DNA of 64,000 nt from a virus (taxonomy: Duplodnaviria; Heunggongvirae; Uroviricota; Caudoviricetes; Straboviridae): the IMG/VR virus record IMGVR_UViG_2974656882_000001, positions 1 through 64,000 of that record; one strand, 5' to 3'. Each line of letters opens with the position of its first letter. Within the stretch, counting starts at the first letter, position 1. Below are positions 45,083-54,517 of the stretch, piece after piece. Made by a program: the position numbers and the translations under genes. The notes beneath the pieces were generated by a model, which saw nothing but the letters and a program-made list of their open reading frames with translations, made no database searches and had not been told where the DNA came from.

Positions 45083-46105
45083 ATGTCATTCATTAAATAT
45101 TCTAGCCTTGAAAATCACACCAACGATAAGTTCATTCAGAAATGTTTTGAAGCTGTAGCAAATGGCGAAGGAACCGTCAACACGGAATTTGTTGCTCGAG
45201 AAAAAATTCATGGCACAAACTTCTCAGTAATTATCACACCTGATTCGATTCAAGCTGCAAAACGTTCAGGTCCTATTGCAATTACTGAAAAATTCTTTGG
45301 ATATGAAGACCTAATGGCTGAGCTGGATGACATCTTTAAAGAAATTCAACAAGATCTTGTCAAAAACGTGCCTTCATTTAAATCAATTCAAATTTTTGGT
45401 GAATACGCAGGTGGTGGAATCCAGAAAGAAGTTGATTATGGTCCTAAATCGTTTTATGTATTTGACATCTTCATGGATGCTCCGGATTCTGGATTCTCTC
45501 ATGGCTGGTGGTCAGATGTCAATGTTCAAGCATTCTGTGATTATCGTGGTTTAAAAATTGCTCCTCTAGTTGCCCGTGGAACACTTGAGCAATTACTTAA
45601 ATTGCCAGTAGAATTTGATTCTATTGTCCCATCATTAACTTGGGAAAATATGTATAGCGTTCATGCACAACCTGCTCCTAAAGATAATGTTGCAGAAGGA
45701 CTAGTAATTAAGCCTAATAGCCCTATGTTCTTGCCTAATGGTTCTCGTCTTGCGATTAAATATAAGACGGATAAATTTAAAGAAAAGGGTAAAGGCAAAG
45801 CTCCTAAAATTCCTGTGCCATTGAGTGATGCCGATAAAGAGTTATTAAACAAGTTATCAGAGTTCTCGACTATTGCTCGGATTTCAAATGTAGCATCTCA
45901 TATCGGTGAACTGACTCCTAAAATGTTTGGTAAACTTTTAGGTATGACAATGCATGATTTATTGACTGAAGCCGAACGTGAAGGCATTAGCCCTAAATCT
46001 GCTGAAGCGCCATCTAAAGTTAAAAATGAATTGCAGAAAATTGTTCAAGTCGATGTTCGTGAATTCTGGACATCATACGACTTTCCGGTTGTAAATGTAG
46101 ATTAA
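45083..46105 (+). CDS. rnlB: RNA ligase 2 (Rnl2)
   Basis: MSFIKYSSLENHTNDKFIQK...VAREKIHGTNFSVII matches T4 Rnl2 MFKKYSSLENHYNSKFIEK...VAREKIHGTNFSLII (KxHGxN adenylation motif I). Confidence 0.88.
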   Translation: MSFIKYSSLENHTNDKFIQKCFEAVANGEGTVNTEFVAREKIHGTNFSVIITPDSIQAAKRSGPIAITEKFFGYEDLMAELDDIFKEIQQDLVKNVPSFKSIQIFGEYAGGGIQKEVDYGPKSFYVFDIFMDAPDSGFSHGWWSDVNVQAFCDYRGLKIAPLVARGTLEQLLKLPVEFDSIVPSLTWENMYSVHAQPAPKDNVAEGLVIKPNSPMFLPNGSRLAIKYKTDKFKEKGKGKAPKIPVPLSDADKELLNKLSEFSTIARISNVASHIGELTPKMFGKLLGMTMHDLLTEAEREGISPKSAEAPSKVKNELQKIVQVDVREFWTSYDFPVVNVD

Positions 46106-46180
46106 AATAATTAGCCCAGATAGTTTACATTATCTGGGCTTTTTGATATTATAGTCTTATCATCTAATGAGTACATTGAA

Positions 46181-46558
46181 ATGAGTAAATTTAATCTTGT
46201 AACTGGACTAGAAAATATGATCGCACAAGTGGAAGTGATGCCACAAGATACCGTGTTCCGTATGGATTTATACAAAACATGTGTGATTGGCAAAACTGTC
46301 GGTTGGTCTAAAGATGCCTGGGGTGATATAAATGAATCTGCGACTATTCGAAAATTATTTGGCATAAAGAAATCTGATGCAATCTGGAAATTATTTTCTG
46401 GTGGAGCAGAAGTTAATTATGTCGATCGAACTTGGAAGGTTATTCGCCTTTTCACGGATGCAATTGGTGAAGTTGTCTCACGTGATGTATGGCTAAAACT
46501 AGCAAAATCTACTTTAGAAGAGGTCAAAAATGAAAAACAAACGAAATCCAATAGCTAA
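46181..46558 (+). CDS. hypothetical protein (125 aa)
   Basis: PeSL promoter and aatgagtacattgaaATG leader. Confidence 0.4.
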   Translation: MSKFNLVTGLENMIAQVEVMPQDTVFRMDLYKTCVIGKTVGWSKDAWGDINESATIRKLFGIKKSDAIWKLFSGGAEVNYVDRTWKVIRLFTDAIGEVVSRDVWLKLAKSTLEEVKNEKQTKSNS

Positions 46559-46631
46559 GGCTGTTAGAACACCTGCGTTCAAAATGCAGGTTGTCAAAGA
46601 CCGTACTAAGTATGATCGAAAGGATAAATTT

Positions 46632-46660
46632 AAAAAGGACCTACGGGTCCTTTAATTTTT
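46632..46660 (+). terminator. rho-independent terminator aaaaaggacc-tac-gggtcctttaattttt
   Basis: followed by GTTTAC-N18-TATAAT. Confidence 0.7.
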
Positions 46661-46748
46661 GTATATTATTTTCTTGGACTGTTTACTTTAGTAGCATTTG
46701 TTGGTATAATAATCATATCAAATCGAATATCATGATGAGGAAATTGAA

Positions 46749-46949
46749 ATGAAAATCGATATTATTAAATTACGTACTGCAATTGATCATCACCACCATG
46801 CACAAGAACGATTCTTTGATGAACACCAAGCTGCAGTTGACCGCAATTTAAATTTAGAAATGGCTGCACGTATTGATGCGGAAGTTCACACGGATGAAGA
46901 TATTCGTCGTTCAGTCGAATTATTGAAACAATATGAACATGTACTTTAA
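46749..46949 (+). CDS. small His-rich protein (66 aa) in the rIIA.1 position
   Basis: position directly upstream of rIIA. Confidence 0.35.
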   Translation: MKIDIIKLRTAIDHHHHAQERFFDEHQAAVDRNLNLEMAARIDAEVHTDEDIRRSVELLKQYEHVL

Positions 46950-46968
46950 TTTATAGGCGAAAACTGAA

Positions 46969-49176
46969 ATGAAATTCAATGAACAACATGAAACAATTCT
47001 TGGTAATAGCTCTGATGCACACACATTTACTATTAGCACATCGGCAAAAGCCTTTCAAATTTTGTCAAGTGGCATTTATAAAAATAAAATTCGTGCAGTA
47101 GTTCGTGAAGTAATTTGCAACGCATTAGATGCGCATCGCTTAATCAATTCATCTGAAAAATTCATCATTAAAGCTCCAACTGAACTTGATCCAAGATTTG
47201 TGGTACGAGATTTTGGTCCCGGGTTAAGTCATGACGACATGATTACAATTTATACCCAATACTTTAAGTCTCTCAAAACTGAAGATGGTAATCAGATTGG
47301 CGGGTTCGGTTTAGGTGCTAAGTCTCCATTCTCCTATACAGACACATTTAATGTAACATCATATCATGAAGGAATAGTTCGAATTTATACGGCGGCTCTA
47401 TCAAATGGCGAGCCTCAACTAATGAAAGTTTTCGAAGGCCCATTTGAAGATGGCGATCGAAATGGTATTGAAGTCACGGTTCCAGTTAAATTAGACGATA
47501 TTGGCATTTGGCAGATTGAACTTCGATACATATTGACGCCATTTGATCCAGCGACATTTGAAATTCGAGGCACTTCATTAGATATTAAACATTTGTGTGA
47601 CTATGAAACATATACACAATACCCTGAAATGTTTCTGACTTCATCAAATCAATACACAAATCCGCCAGGTGTATATGCGATTTGTGGCAATATCGTTTAT
47701 CCACTAGACGGCACACCTGGCATGAAATGCTCATGGCTTCGCGCTACTGCATCTGTTGTTTATGTACATTTTGACATTAATGAATTGATGCCACAACCTT
47801 CACGTGAACAATTGCAGATGGATGAGTTCACTGTCAAAAATATTTGTGCAAAGGTCAACAAGCTTAATAATGACCTGATGGAAAAAGACTTAAATGATTT
47901 GCGCAAAATTCAATATGCTCGTCCATTGGTTCGTGCATTAAACAAATTGCCTTCAGCAAAGTTCCAAGCAATTGAACGTGACAAAATTGAATTTTTAGAT
48001 GGCATGGATACCGATAAACTTTACTCTTCGGTAAAAGTGGTAAATTCATTAAAATTAACAAACATGTTAAGCCGTGCACGAGTATACACAGTAGACCCAT
48101 ATACGCCAAAAATTAAAAAAGTTGTTGACAATATTTCTGTTTGGCGCCGTTTCAAAGTATCAGAAGTCCGTCTTTCTGAATTGGTCGAATATTCTCGTCC
48201 AGAAATAACTTTTCTAGTAGATGAAGGGCTTACCATTAAGAAACTTAAAGATACTATTAGAGCCATTGCAATGTCGTCTGATGCAAAATATCCTAAAACA
48301 TCCACTGAAATTATTGTAGTTCGTAAGGATATTCCAGGCGAAATAGAGCTTATCGATGTGTTTAAAGACATCTATGAAGGTGATACGGTGCAGGTCTTGA
48401 CTACTTCTGAGCTTGAGCCTATTCGTAAAGAATTGGAAGAAAATGCTAAAGCCAACAGTCCTAAGACGCCACGAGAAAAACGCCCAGCTTCGCCGAATGC
48501 GTCACTTGTTAAATTTGATCATGCCACTAAACGTTATAAGACTGAAGATTTGTACTTGACCTCTACTGAAATTGCTGAACTATCCGGACTGTGCATAGGT
48601 AGTTATAACAACGATCCTACATCGTTGAGTGCAGAATTTAAGTTTGTAGATGGCGTGGATCTTCATCGAATCAAGACACTGGCAAAAACGTTTGCAGTAA
48701 GTGAGTATTATATTGTTCGCCCTGCAATCTATAAACGAGTCCTAGCAAATAAAAATTTGAGATGCATGATTGAATTTATTTTTGCTAATGTCACAAAACT
48801 AGTTGATAATTTTAATGTAGATGAATATTGTTATGTTTCTACAGGTGTCAAGATTCACGATAACCTACTTAGTAATAAAAAACTACATAAGATTTATGGA
48901 TCCATAGGAGGTGCATATACTCCAGAATTCATTGAATTCAACAATACCATTCAACTTGCTCGGAACATTCGAGTTAATTATGAAACTCCGGCACAAAGTG
49001 AATTTATCAAATCTCTTAACTCATACCATAATAACATGGATGCAGCAAAAGAAGTATTTGAGAAATTTAGAGAAGACCTTGTTAAGAAACACCCAATGGT
49101 CAGTTATATTTTGAAAACTTCATATGGCATTGGCGATGATATCGCAGATGACATCATCAAAACATTAGGAGTATAA
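46969..49176 (+). CDS. rIIA: rIIA (membrane-associated GHKL-ATPase-like lysis-inhibition / exclusion protein)
   Basis: ETILGNSSDAHTFTISTSAKAFQILSSGIYKNKIRAVVREVICNALDAH...FIIKAP..LDPRFVVRDFGPG...GGFGLGAKSPFSYTDTF..TSYH colinear with the T4 rIIA N-terminus. Confidence 0.92.
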   Translation: MKFNEQHETILGNSSDAHTFTISTSAKAFQILSSGIYKNKIRAVVREVICNALDAHRLINSSEKFIIKAPTELDPRFVVRDFGPGLSHDDMITIYTQYFKSLKTEDGNQIGGFGLGAKSPFSYTDTFNVTSYHEGIVRIYTAALSNGEPQLMKVFEGPFEDGDRNGIEVTVPVKLDDIGIWQIELRYILTPFDPATFEIRGTSLDIKHLCDYETYTQYPEMFLTSSNQYTNPPGVYAICGNIVYPLDGTPGMKCSWLRATASVVYVHFDINELMPQPSREQLQMDEFTVKNICAKVNKLNNDLMEKDLNDLRKIQYARPLVRALNKLPSAKFQAIERDKIEFLDGMDTDKLYSSVKVVNSLKLTNMLSRARVYTVDPYTPKIKKVVDNISVWRRFKVSEVRLSELVEYSRPEITFLVDEGLTIKKLKDTIRAIAMSSDAKYPKTSTEIIVVRKDIPGEIELIDVFKDIYEGDTVQVLTTSELEPIRKELEENAKANSPKTPREKRPASPNASLVKFDHATKRYKTEDLYLTSTEIAELSGLCIGSYNNDPTSLSAEFKFVDGVDLHRIKTLAKTFAVSEYYIVRPAIYKRVLANKNLRCMIEFIFANVTKLVDNFNVDEYCYVSTGVKIHDNLLSNKKLHKIYGSIGGAYTPEFIEFNNTIQLARNIRVNYETPAQSEFIKSLNSYHNNMDAAKEVFEKFREDLVKKHPMVSYILKTSYGIGDDIADDIIKTLGV

Positions 49177-49282
49177 CATGATGCCGGTATCATTCATAGT
49201 GGTATCAGCAGTAGTCGCAATAACATTAATTCTTGCAATCGTCATACTTTATGTATGGTGGTTGTATGAATTTAAATAAGCT

Positions 49283-49312
49283 GTTTACTGCTTCACAAAA
49301 TTTGTTTATAAT
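49283..49312 (+). promoter_or_regulatory. rIIB promoter with overlapping early (GTTTAC-N18-TATAAT) and middle (MotA box TGCTTCA, 11 nt, TATAAT) determinants
   Basis: ctGTTTACTGCTTCAcaaaatttgttTATAATgg. Confidence 0.65.
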
Positions 49313-49340
49313 GGTTTTATCTTCTTAAAAGGAAAGTCTC

Positions 49341-50627
49341 ATGTCTAAATTATCTAAAGAGCAAATTTCATCATTATTGATTGGACGTGCATCAGGCGTT
49401 ACACAACGTGCTATTGCAGAAAGTTTAAATTGTTCTATTGATACGGTTCGTCGTATTCAAAATGCAAATATTGAACAACTTTCATTATTCACACGAGTTC
49501 CTGGCACTAAGTCAATTTTTAAATTGACTGATGAATCTGCACAACTTTATATTAAAGATGAATTTTGTGCATTTGAATTAGAAATCACTGGTGACAAAAA
49601 AGACGGTGTCATTTATGCAAATGACATTTATGTTGGTAAATTGCTCGATGACGAGCAAGAAATTGATGATGAAACATTTGACAATTGGTCATTCTTTGAA
49701 AATGATGTAGGTGTCATGAAACATATCCGAGTCGGCAAAGTAATTATTACAGGTGCACCTCAACATCATAGCGAAGAGGAATTGGAGGAAATCGGAGTAG
49801 AAATCAAGAAACGGCAACATAAAGAAAAATTCGCTGAAGGGCAAAAATTTATTCTCAAACAAGCTCTTCAACAAAAGTCAGAAACAGTAAAATCTATTGA
49901 TGGAAAAATTACATCAACCGAACCTGAATCTGCAACATGGACCGCATCTTCAAAATTTATTTCAATTGTCAAAGGACGTAAAACGTTTAATGTCGATTCA
50001 TCTCATCCTAAATTTAAAGATGCATTACAGCTATTAATCAATGGCGATGTAGAACAAGCAATCGATATGATTAATACTGAACGTGCAGTGTCTAAATACA
50101 CTAAAGGCAACGTAGAAATTAGTAACGGGCAATTGTTTTACAAAGGTATCGAAATTCGTTCCGGATTGACATCTCGCATTATTTCCTCTATGGAAGCTGG
50201 CGAAGATTTTGAGTTTTATTTACCGTTCCTTGAAAATCTTATGCTCAATCCATCTGAACGTGCAGTTAAACGTTTATTTGACTTCTTACAGGCAAATGAT
50301 ATTGAAATTACAGCAGACGGCCATTTCATTGCATGGAAAAAGGTCGGTCCAGGCTTTTTCGACATCTATTCACACACTATGGACAATAGCCCAGGCAAAA
50401 TGGTAGAAATGCCTCGAAATATGGTCAATGAAGATGATGAACAAACTTGTTCAAACGGCCTTCATGTTTGTTCTAAATCATATCTAAGCCAGTATGCTTC
50501 ATGCTCTAGTAACCGAGTGGTTCGAGTTAAAGTGCATCCACGAGATGTAGTATCAATCCCGGTTGATTACAACAATGCTAAAATGCGCACATGCAAATAC
50601 CTTGTTATTGGCGAAGCTAAACTCTAA
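49341..50627 (+). CDS. rIIB: rIIB
   Basis: C-terminal 250 aa nearly colinear with T4 rIIB (SGLTSRIISSMEAGEDFEFYLPFLENL...ANDIEIT.DGHF.AWK...DNSPGK.V.MPR..VN.DD.QTCS.GLHVCSKSY...RVV.VKVHPRDVVSIP.DYN.AKMRTC.Y). Confidence 0.92.
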   Translation: MSKLSKEQISSLLIGRASGVTQRAIAESLNCSIDTVRRIQNANIEQLSLFTRVPGTKSIFKLTDESAQLYIKDEFCAFELEITGDKKDGVIYANDIYVGKLLDDEQEIDDETFDNWSFFENDVGVMKHIRVGKVIITGAPQHHSEEELEEIGVEIKKRQHKEKFAEGQKFILKQALQQKSETVKSIDGKITSTEPESATWTASSKFISIVKGRKTFNVDSSHPKFKDALQLLINGDVEQAIDMINTERAVSKYTKGNVEISNGQLFYKGIEIRSGLTSRIISSMEAGEDFEFYLPFLENLMLNPSERAVKRLFDFLQANDIEITADGHFIAWKKVGPGFFDIYSHTMDNSPGKMVEMPRNMVNEDDEQTCSNGLHVCSKSYLSQYASCSSNRVVRVKVHPRDVVSIPVDYNNAKMRTCKYLVIGEAKL

Positions 50628-50638
50628 TTTCCAACATA

Positions 50639-50656
50639 GGGCCTTCGGGCCCTTTT
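50639..50656 (+). terminator. UUCG hairpin gggcc-ttcg-ggccc plus tttt
   Basis: read directly. Confidence 0.7.
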
Positions 50657-50666
50657 GAGGCGTTGT

Positions 50667-51269
50667 ATGAAAGATAATAAAACATTTGTACGGTTGACAA
50701 ATATTCCGCCACGATTAATGTCAATCAGAGACCTATCTGCTGAATCTAGAGAAAAGGTTCATGATACCGTAAGTTATGCAATGAGTCAAAATTCCGAAAC
50801 TGATATAAAACAAGTCACAGAACGCTGTGTCATTGCTATATTGGCAGAGCAGTATGTCGCAGAATGGTTAAATGGCCATGTTATGCACGGTGAAGAAGAC
50901 TTAGAAGACCCATGGACATATGCATTCGATGTTTTGGCTGGTCCTGAATATTACGGGATGCGTATAGAAGTTAAGACTCATCAATCTGCGTCAAAATACA
51001 TATCGGTAAACACAGGACATGTAGGACCATTTAAAGGTAACACAGGCATAAACCTGAGACCATTTATAGAGCAACCACAAGCCGATCTAATTATCATATT
51101 TGACACCGAGAGACAACCATCAGGATGGTTAATAAAACCATATATGCTTAGCGATAAGGATTCCTTAGTGTATCCTGGAATCATTGTCAAGTCTAAATTT
51201 GAAGGGTATTACATTAATCAATATGTCAACACAGTAACTAAAAATAAATTGAATATTTTTTATTTTTAG
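50667..51269 (+). CDS. putative PD-(D/E)xK nuclease (200 aa) in the denB (endonuclease IV) position
   Basis: ...AFDVLAG-x9-RIEVKT = D...E-x-K core; synteny rIIB, denB, ndd. The track start is a TTG; the ATG is at 50667. Confidence 0.4.
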   Translation: MKDNKTFVRLTNIPPRLMSIRDLSAESREKVHDTVSYAMSQNSETDIKQVTERCVIAILAEQYVAEWLNGHVMHGEEDLEDPWTYAFDVLAGPEYYGMRIEVKTHQSASKYISVNTGHVGPFKGNTGINLRPFIEQPQADLIIIFDTERQPSGWLIKPYMLSDKDSLVYPGIIVKSKFEGYYINQYVNTVTKNKLNIFYF

Positions 51270-51330
51270 TATTTACAATTTAAATCTTATGTAGTATAAT
51301 TGCAATATCAAACCTAAACTGGAAATTGAA

Positions 51331-51789
51331 ATGAACAAATCACTTATGATGTTAAAGGACCTTCGTCTTGTTAAAGGCCAATTTATTGCACGATTGACTG
51401 CTAAAGGTGCATTGTATGAGCCACATACAACTGAACCGCCAGTATCTGATCTTAACAAAGCTGGGTTCTATTTCTTTGTTCACACTAATCGCCAAGAAGT
51501 ATATGCTCGATTCTATGTTGGTCGTCAACGTACATCATCCGGACTTCGAAATATTGTTTCGCAAATTCGCTTACGACGTTCAAAGACTGGCGATACTTTA
51601 ATGGATTCATTTTCATCATTTGACATCTATTATGTTAGCTTGGATAAAATGAAAGCTATTACAAATGGCTTTGGTAAAGGTAAACTTGCGTTAGCTTTAA
51701 CACGACAACATTCTGAAGGATTCCAAAATCTAGAAGAAATGAATCGTATGCTTAATGACAACTTTAAATTCCGTGCACAGAAGTATTAA
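51331..51789 (+). CDS. ndd: nucleoid disruption protein Ndd
   Basis: KAGFYFFVHTNRQEVYARFYVGRQRTSSGLRNIVSQIRLRRS...TNGFGKGKLALALTRQHSEGFQNLEEMNRMLNDNFKF is near-colinear with T4 Ndd. Confidence 0.82.
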   Translation: MNKSLMMLKDLRLVKGQFIARLTAKGALYEPHTTEPPVSDLNKAGFYFFVHTNRQEVYARFYVGRQRTSSGLRNIVSQIRLRRSKTGDTLMDSFSSFDIYYVSLDKMKAITNGFGKGKLALALTRQHSEGFQNLEEMNRMLNDNFKFRAQKY

Positions 51790-51931
51790 ATGAAATCTGC
51801 AATAGTTTTGTTGGCAATTGCGATTTCGTTATTCGATCTTGCAACAAATGGACCAGTAGATAATAAGTTTTTATACCAGATATGGTAGCCTTATTCTCTG
51901 GAACAATATGGTTTTTACTCGGAGGCTCAAA

Positions 51932-52090
51932 ATGAGCACAAATCAATTCATTGCTTTATTTTTAATGTTTCTTTATTCGATTGTGCGATCTTTGATGCCG
52001 CCTATGGATTTTGCTGATCCTGGGTATCTATTTGGACTAGCTATTGTGTCGTATATCACATACGTAATTTGCTTTAAGCTGGTCAAATAG
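51932..52090 (+). CDS. small membrane protein (52 aa); ac-like by position
   Basis: hydrophobic; lies between ndd and 52 where T4 ac/stp lie. Confidence 0.3.
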   Translation: MSTNQFIALFLMFLYSIVRSLMPPMDFADPGYLFGLAIVSYITYVICFKLVK

Positions 52091-52093
52091 CAT
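52070..52093 (+). promoter_or_regulatory. putative middle promoter: MotA box TGCTTTA, 11 nt, then TAGCAT
   Basis: aatTTGCTTTAagctggtcaaaTAGCATac. Confidence 0.4.
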
Positions 52094-52111
52094 ACTTTTA
52101 ATTTAAAATTC

Positions 52112-52145
52112 TAACTGGTTAAGTTTCATGCTTAACCAGTTTTGT
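52112..52145 (+). terminator. terminator: 11-bp perfect stem aactggttaag / cttaaccagtt plus tttg, followed by the gene-52 promoter tgtgtTTATAAT
   Basis: read directly. Confidence 0.7.
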
Positions 52146-52179
52146 GTTTATAATAGACAAAAATACAGAGGAACCATTT

Positions 52180-53523
52180 ATGCAAAATATCGAACGCGAA
52201 CTATCAGATATTATTGATGTAGAAGCAAAAGCTTATGCAATGTACACTGTTGAAAACCGTGCAATTCCTAACATGATTGACGGATTCAAACCTGTACAAC
52301 GATTCATGATTTATCGTGCAATTCAGCTGTCAAAAGGCAATAAAGATAAAATGCACAAATTAGCTTCAGTTGCAGGTGGTGTAGCTGATGCCGGGTATCA
52401 TCATGGTGAAAACTCAGCTCAAGAAGCTGGTGCACTAATGGCCAACACGTGGAATAACAACTTCCCGTTCTTAGATGGGCAAGGTAACTTTGGATCTCGT
52501 CTCGTTCAAGAGGCTGCAGCATCTCGTTATATTTTCTGTCGTATATCGGAAAATTTCAATAAGGTCTTTAAAGATATTGAAATTGCTCCAGAACATGAAG
52601 ATAAAGAGCATATGCCTCCGAAGTTCTATTTGCCAGTTATCCCTACTGTGTTGCTAAATGGTGTCCGCGGTATTGCAACAGGCTACTCTACATCTATTTT
52701 GCCACATAGTTTTGAATCAGTTGTACATTGCACAAAGAAAGCGCTTGAAGGCAACCTTACGATTGAGCCTCAAGTTGCATTCCCGGAGTTCAACGGTGAA
52801 GTTCGTTACATTGAGCCTGGCAAATATGAATTGCATGGTGTTTATGAAATTACTTCAAAAACACAAATGTACATTTCTGAGATCCCGTACTCTTGGGATC
52901 GTGCAAAATATGTAGAAAAGGTATTAGATCCTCTAGAAGATGCAGGACTCATTTCATACGATGACGACTGCTCAAAGAAAGGTTTTGGATTTAAAGTCAA
53001 GTTCCGCAAAGACTACAAACTTCCAGAATCCGAAGATGCACTAGATGAAAAGATCAAACGTGATTTCAAACTTGTCGAACGTGTTTCTCAAAACATCGTA
53101 GTCATTGACGAAAATGGCAAGCTTAATGACAAATTTGAAACTGCCGCTCCGTTAATTGAGCATTTTGTTAAAGTTCGTTTAAAATTTGTAGAAAAACGAA
53201 TTGAATACATGAAACAACGTGCTGAACAAACGTTCAAATTGGCTATTGCTAAGGCGCTTTTCATCAAAGAGGTTAATGCAGGCAATATTTCAATTAAAGG
53301 TAAAACACGAAGTGAACTCAAATCTGAGTTATCGAAAACTTCAGTGTTTGAAGGATTTGAAGATCAATTAGTATCAATGAACATCTATCATATGACAGAT
53401 GATGAAGTAGAAAATCTTAAAGCCAAGGCTCATGAAGCTAAAGCAGATCTAGACTATTGGCAAACCACTACAGCTAAAGCAGAATACGCTAAAGATTTAG
53501 AAGAGCTTTCTACTCTTAAATGA
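52180..53523 (+). CDS. 52: DNA topoisomerase II medium subunit (GyrA-like DNA-cleavage subunit)
   Basis: MQNIERELSDIIDVEAKAYAMYTVENRAIPNMIDGFKPVQRFMIYRA...GNFGSR...IPTVLLNGV.GIATGY colinear with T4 gp52. The track start is a GTG; the ATG with SD AGAGGA is at 52180. Confidence 0.92.
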   Translation: MQNIERELSDIIDVEAKAYAMYTVENRAIPNMIDGFKPVQRFMIYRAIQLSKGNKDKMHKLASVAGGVADAGYHHGENSAQEAGALMANTWNNNFPFLDGQGNFGSRLVQEAAASRYIFCRISENFNKVFKDIEIAPEHEDKEHMPPKFYLPVIPTVLLNGVRGIATGYSTSILPHSFESVVHCTKKALEGNLTIEPQVAFPEFNGEVRYIEPGKYELHGVYEITSKTQMYISEIPYSWDRAKYVEKVLDPLEDAGLISYDDDCSKKGFGFKVKFRKDYKLPESEDALDEKIKRDFKLVERVSQNIVVIDENGKLNDKFETAAPLIEHFVKVRLKFVEKRIEYMKQRAEQTFKLAIAKALFIKEVNAGNISIKGKTRSELKSELSKTSVFEGFEDQLVSMNIYHMTDDEVENLKAKAHEAKADLDYWQTTTAKAEYAKDLEELSTLK

Positions 53524-53525
53524 TT

Positions 53526-53552
53526 AAAAAGGGACCAAATGGTCCCTTTTGC
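53526..53552 (+). terminator. rho-independent terminator aaaagggacc-aaat-ggtcccttttg
   Basis: followed by GTTTAC...TATTAT promoter for motA. Confidence 0.75.
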
Positions 53553-53612
53553 TGTTTACATTGTTAGTTAATTTTGTTATTATAGTCTTATCAACTAATT
53601 GGAACAAAATAA

Positions 53613-54230
53613 ATGGATAAATTGTTTTATATGGCTCAAGCGGCCAAACAATTGAATCTTGACAAAACACCAGGTGATCAAGCCTTAAATTGTTTATTGA
53701 AACTATATGGTACTCAATATCATTCTAAAGATGAAATAGGTGAACACCTGGATGAATTGATTGAATTCAATCTTGTCGATGAATCTAACGAGATGTACAT
53801 CATTTCTATTTTTGGTGATGAACTTGTTGAAAATGCAATGAAGTTATTTGTTGAAGCCGAACGCCCGGACTTACTTGTCAAACGCACAGGCTCAAACAAA
53901 CGTGAAATCACTGAAGACATGGAATCGTGCCGAGATCATGCAGTAGAGTATATTAAAGGCAAAATTGAAATAAAAGATGTCAGTGTTAGTCGTAGTAATA
54001 TTTTCTTATTCTTTGAAAAACGATGCAAAGGCATTGGATGTATTGAAATCAAAAATAAACCGGAAATTCGCGTTTGTATTCGTAAGCCATCGCAAGAAAC
54101 TATTGACTTATTTGCATCAATCGGTATGTCATATCGCTCTACACCTGCACAAACATACTTCGATATGCCACGTACAATCGAAAATATCGAAATCTTAATT
54201 GACACTATTGTAAACTATTTTAACTCTTAA
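53613..54230 (+). CDS. motA: MotA middle-transcription activator
   Basis: VKRTGSNKREITEDME...VSVSRSNIFLFFEKRCKGIGCIEIKN...RVCIRK...DLFASIGMSYRSTPAQTYFDMPRTIENIEILIDTIVNYF parallels T4 MotA (KKRATRKAREITSDME...VEIYRSNYLAILEKRTNGIRNFEINN...FTDIGMSCKIAKNGNVYLDIKRSAENIEAVITVASEL). Confidence 0.8.
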   Translation: MDKLFYMAQAAKQLNLDKTPGDQALNCLLKLYGTQYHSKDEIGEHLDELIEFNLVDESNEMYIISIFGDELVENAMKLFVEAERPDLLVKRTGSNKREITEDMESCRDHAVEYIKGKIEIKDVSVSRSNIFLFFEKRCKGIGCIEIKNKPEIRVCIRKPSQETIDLFASIGMSYRSTPAQTYFDMPRTIENIEILIDTIVNYFNS

Positions 54231-54241
54231 GGGACTCTATC

Positions 54242-54517
54242 ATGGTATTTGAAACTCTCGCTGAGATCGCTGCTGTTGTATCAATTCTTATCAAATTTGG
54301 GCACGATGACATTATTGAAGATAAAAACTTATTCATTGCATTTTTGAATGAACTTGGCATTACTATTAACGGCAAAAAGGTTACCGCTGGCAACCTTTTT
54401 AATTTGACACAAGATATCACGAATCGTCAAAAAGAACAACTTATCGCAGAATTTAATATTGGTCATGCTCCAATTTATAAAAAATTAGCAATGTATACAA
54501 ACACTGCTAAATTTTAA
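54242..54517 (+). CDS. asiA: AsiA anti-sigma70 / MotA co-activator
   Basis: VSILIKFGHDDIIEDKNLFIAFLNELGITINGKKV...KEQLIAEFN.G....YKKLAMYTN versus T4 AsiA ASILIKFSREDIVENRANFIAFLNEIGVTHEGRKL...KKTLIDEFNEG...YRYLEMYTN. Confidence 0.82.
   Translation: MVFETLAEIAAVVSILIKFGHDDIIEDKNLFIAFLNELGITINGKKVTAGNLFNLTQDITNRQKEQLIAEFNIGHAPIYKKLAMYTNTAKF

Noticed and set aside
46584-46655. 23-codon Lys-rich mini-ORF (MQVVKDRTKYDRKDKFKKDLRVL)
   Set aside because: It coincides with the terminator hairpin after 46181-46558 and has no SD, so it is probably non-coding.
52144-52179. Longer N-terminal extensions in the ORF track for gene 52, gp42, the DenB-like nuclease, gp41, gp61 and Rnl2
   Set aside because: The extensions begin at TTG/GTG or at upstream ATGs inside promoters or hairpins, and would add residues absent from the T4 homologs. 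Internal ATGs with good SD sequences align with the T4 N-termini.
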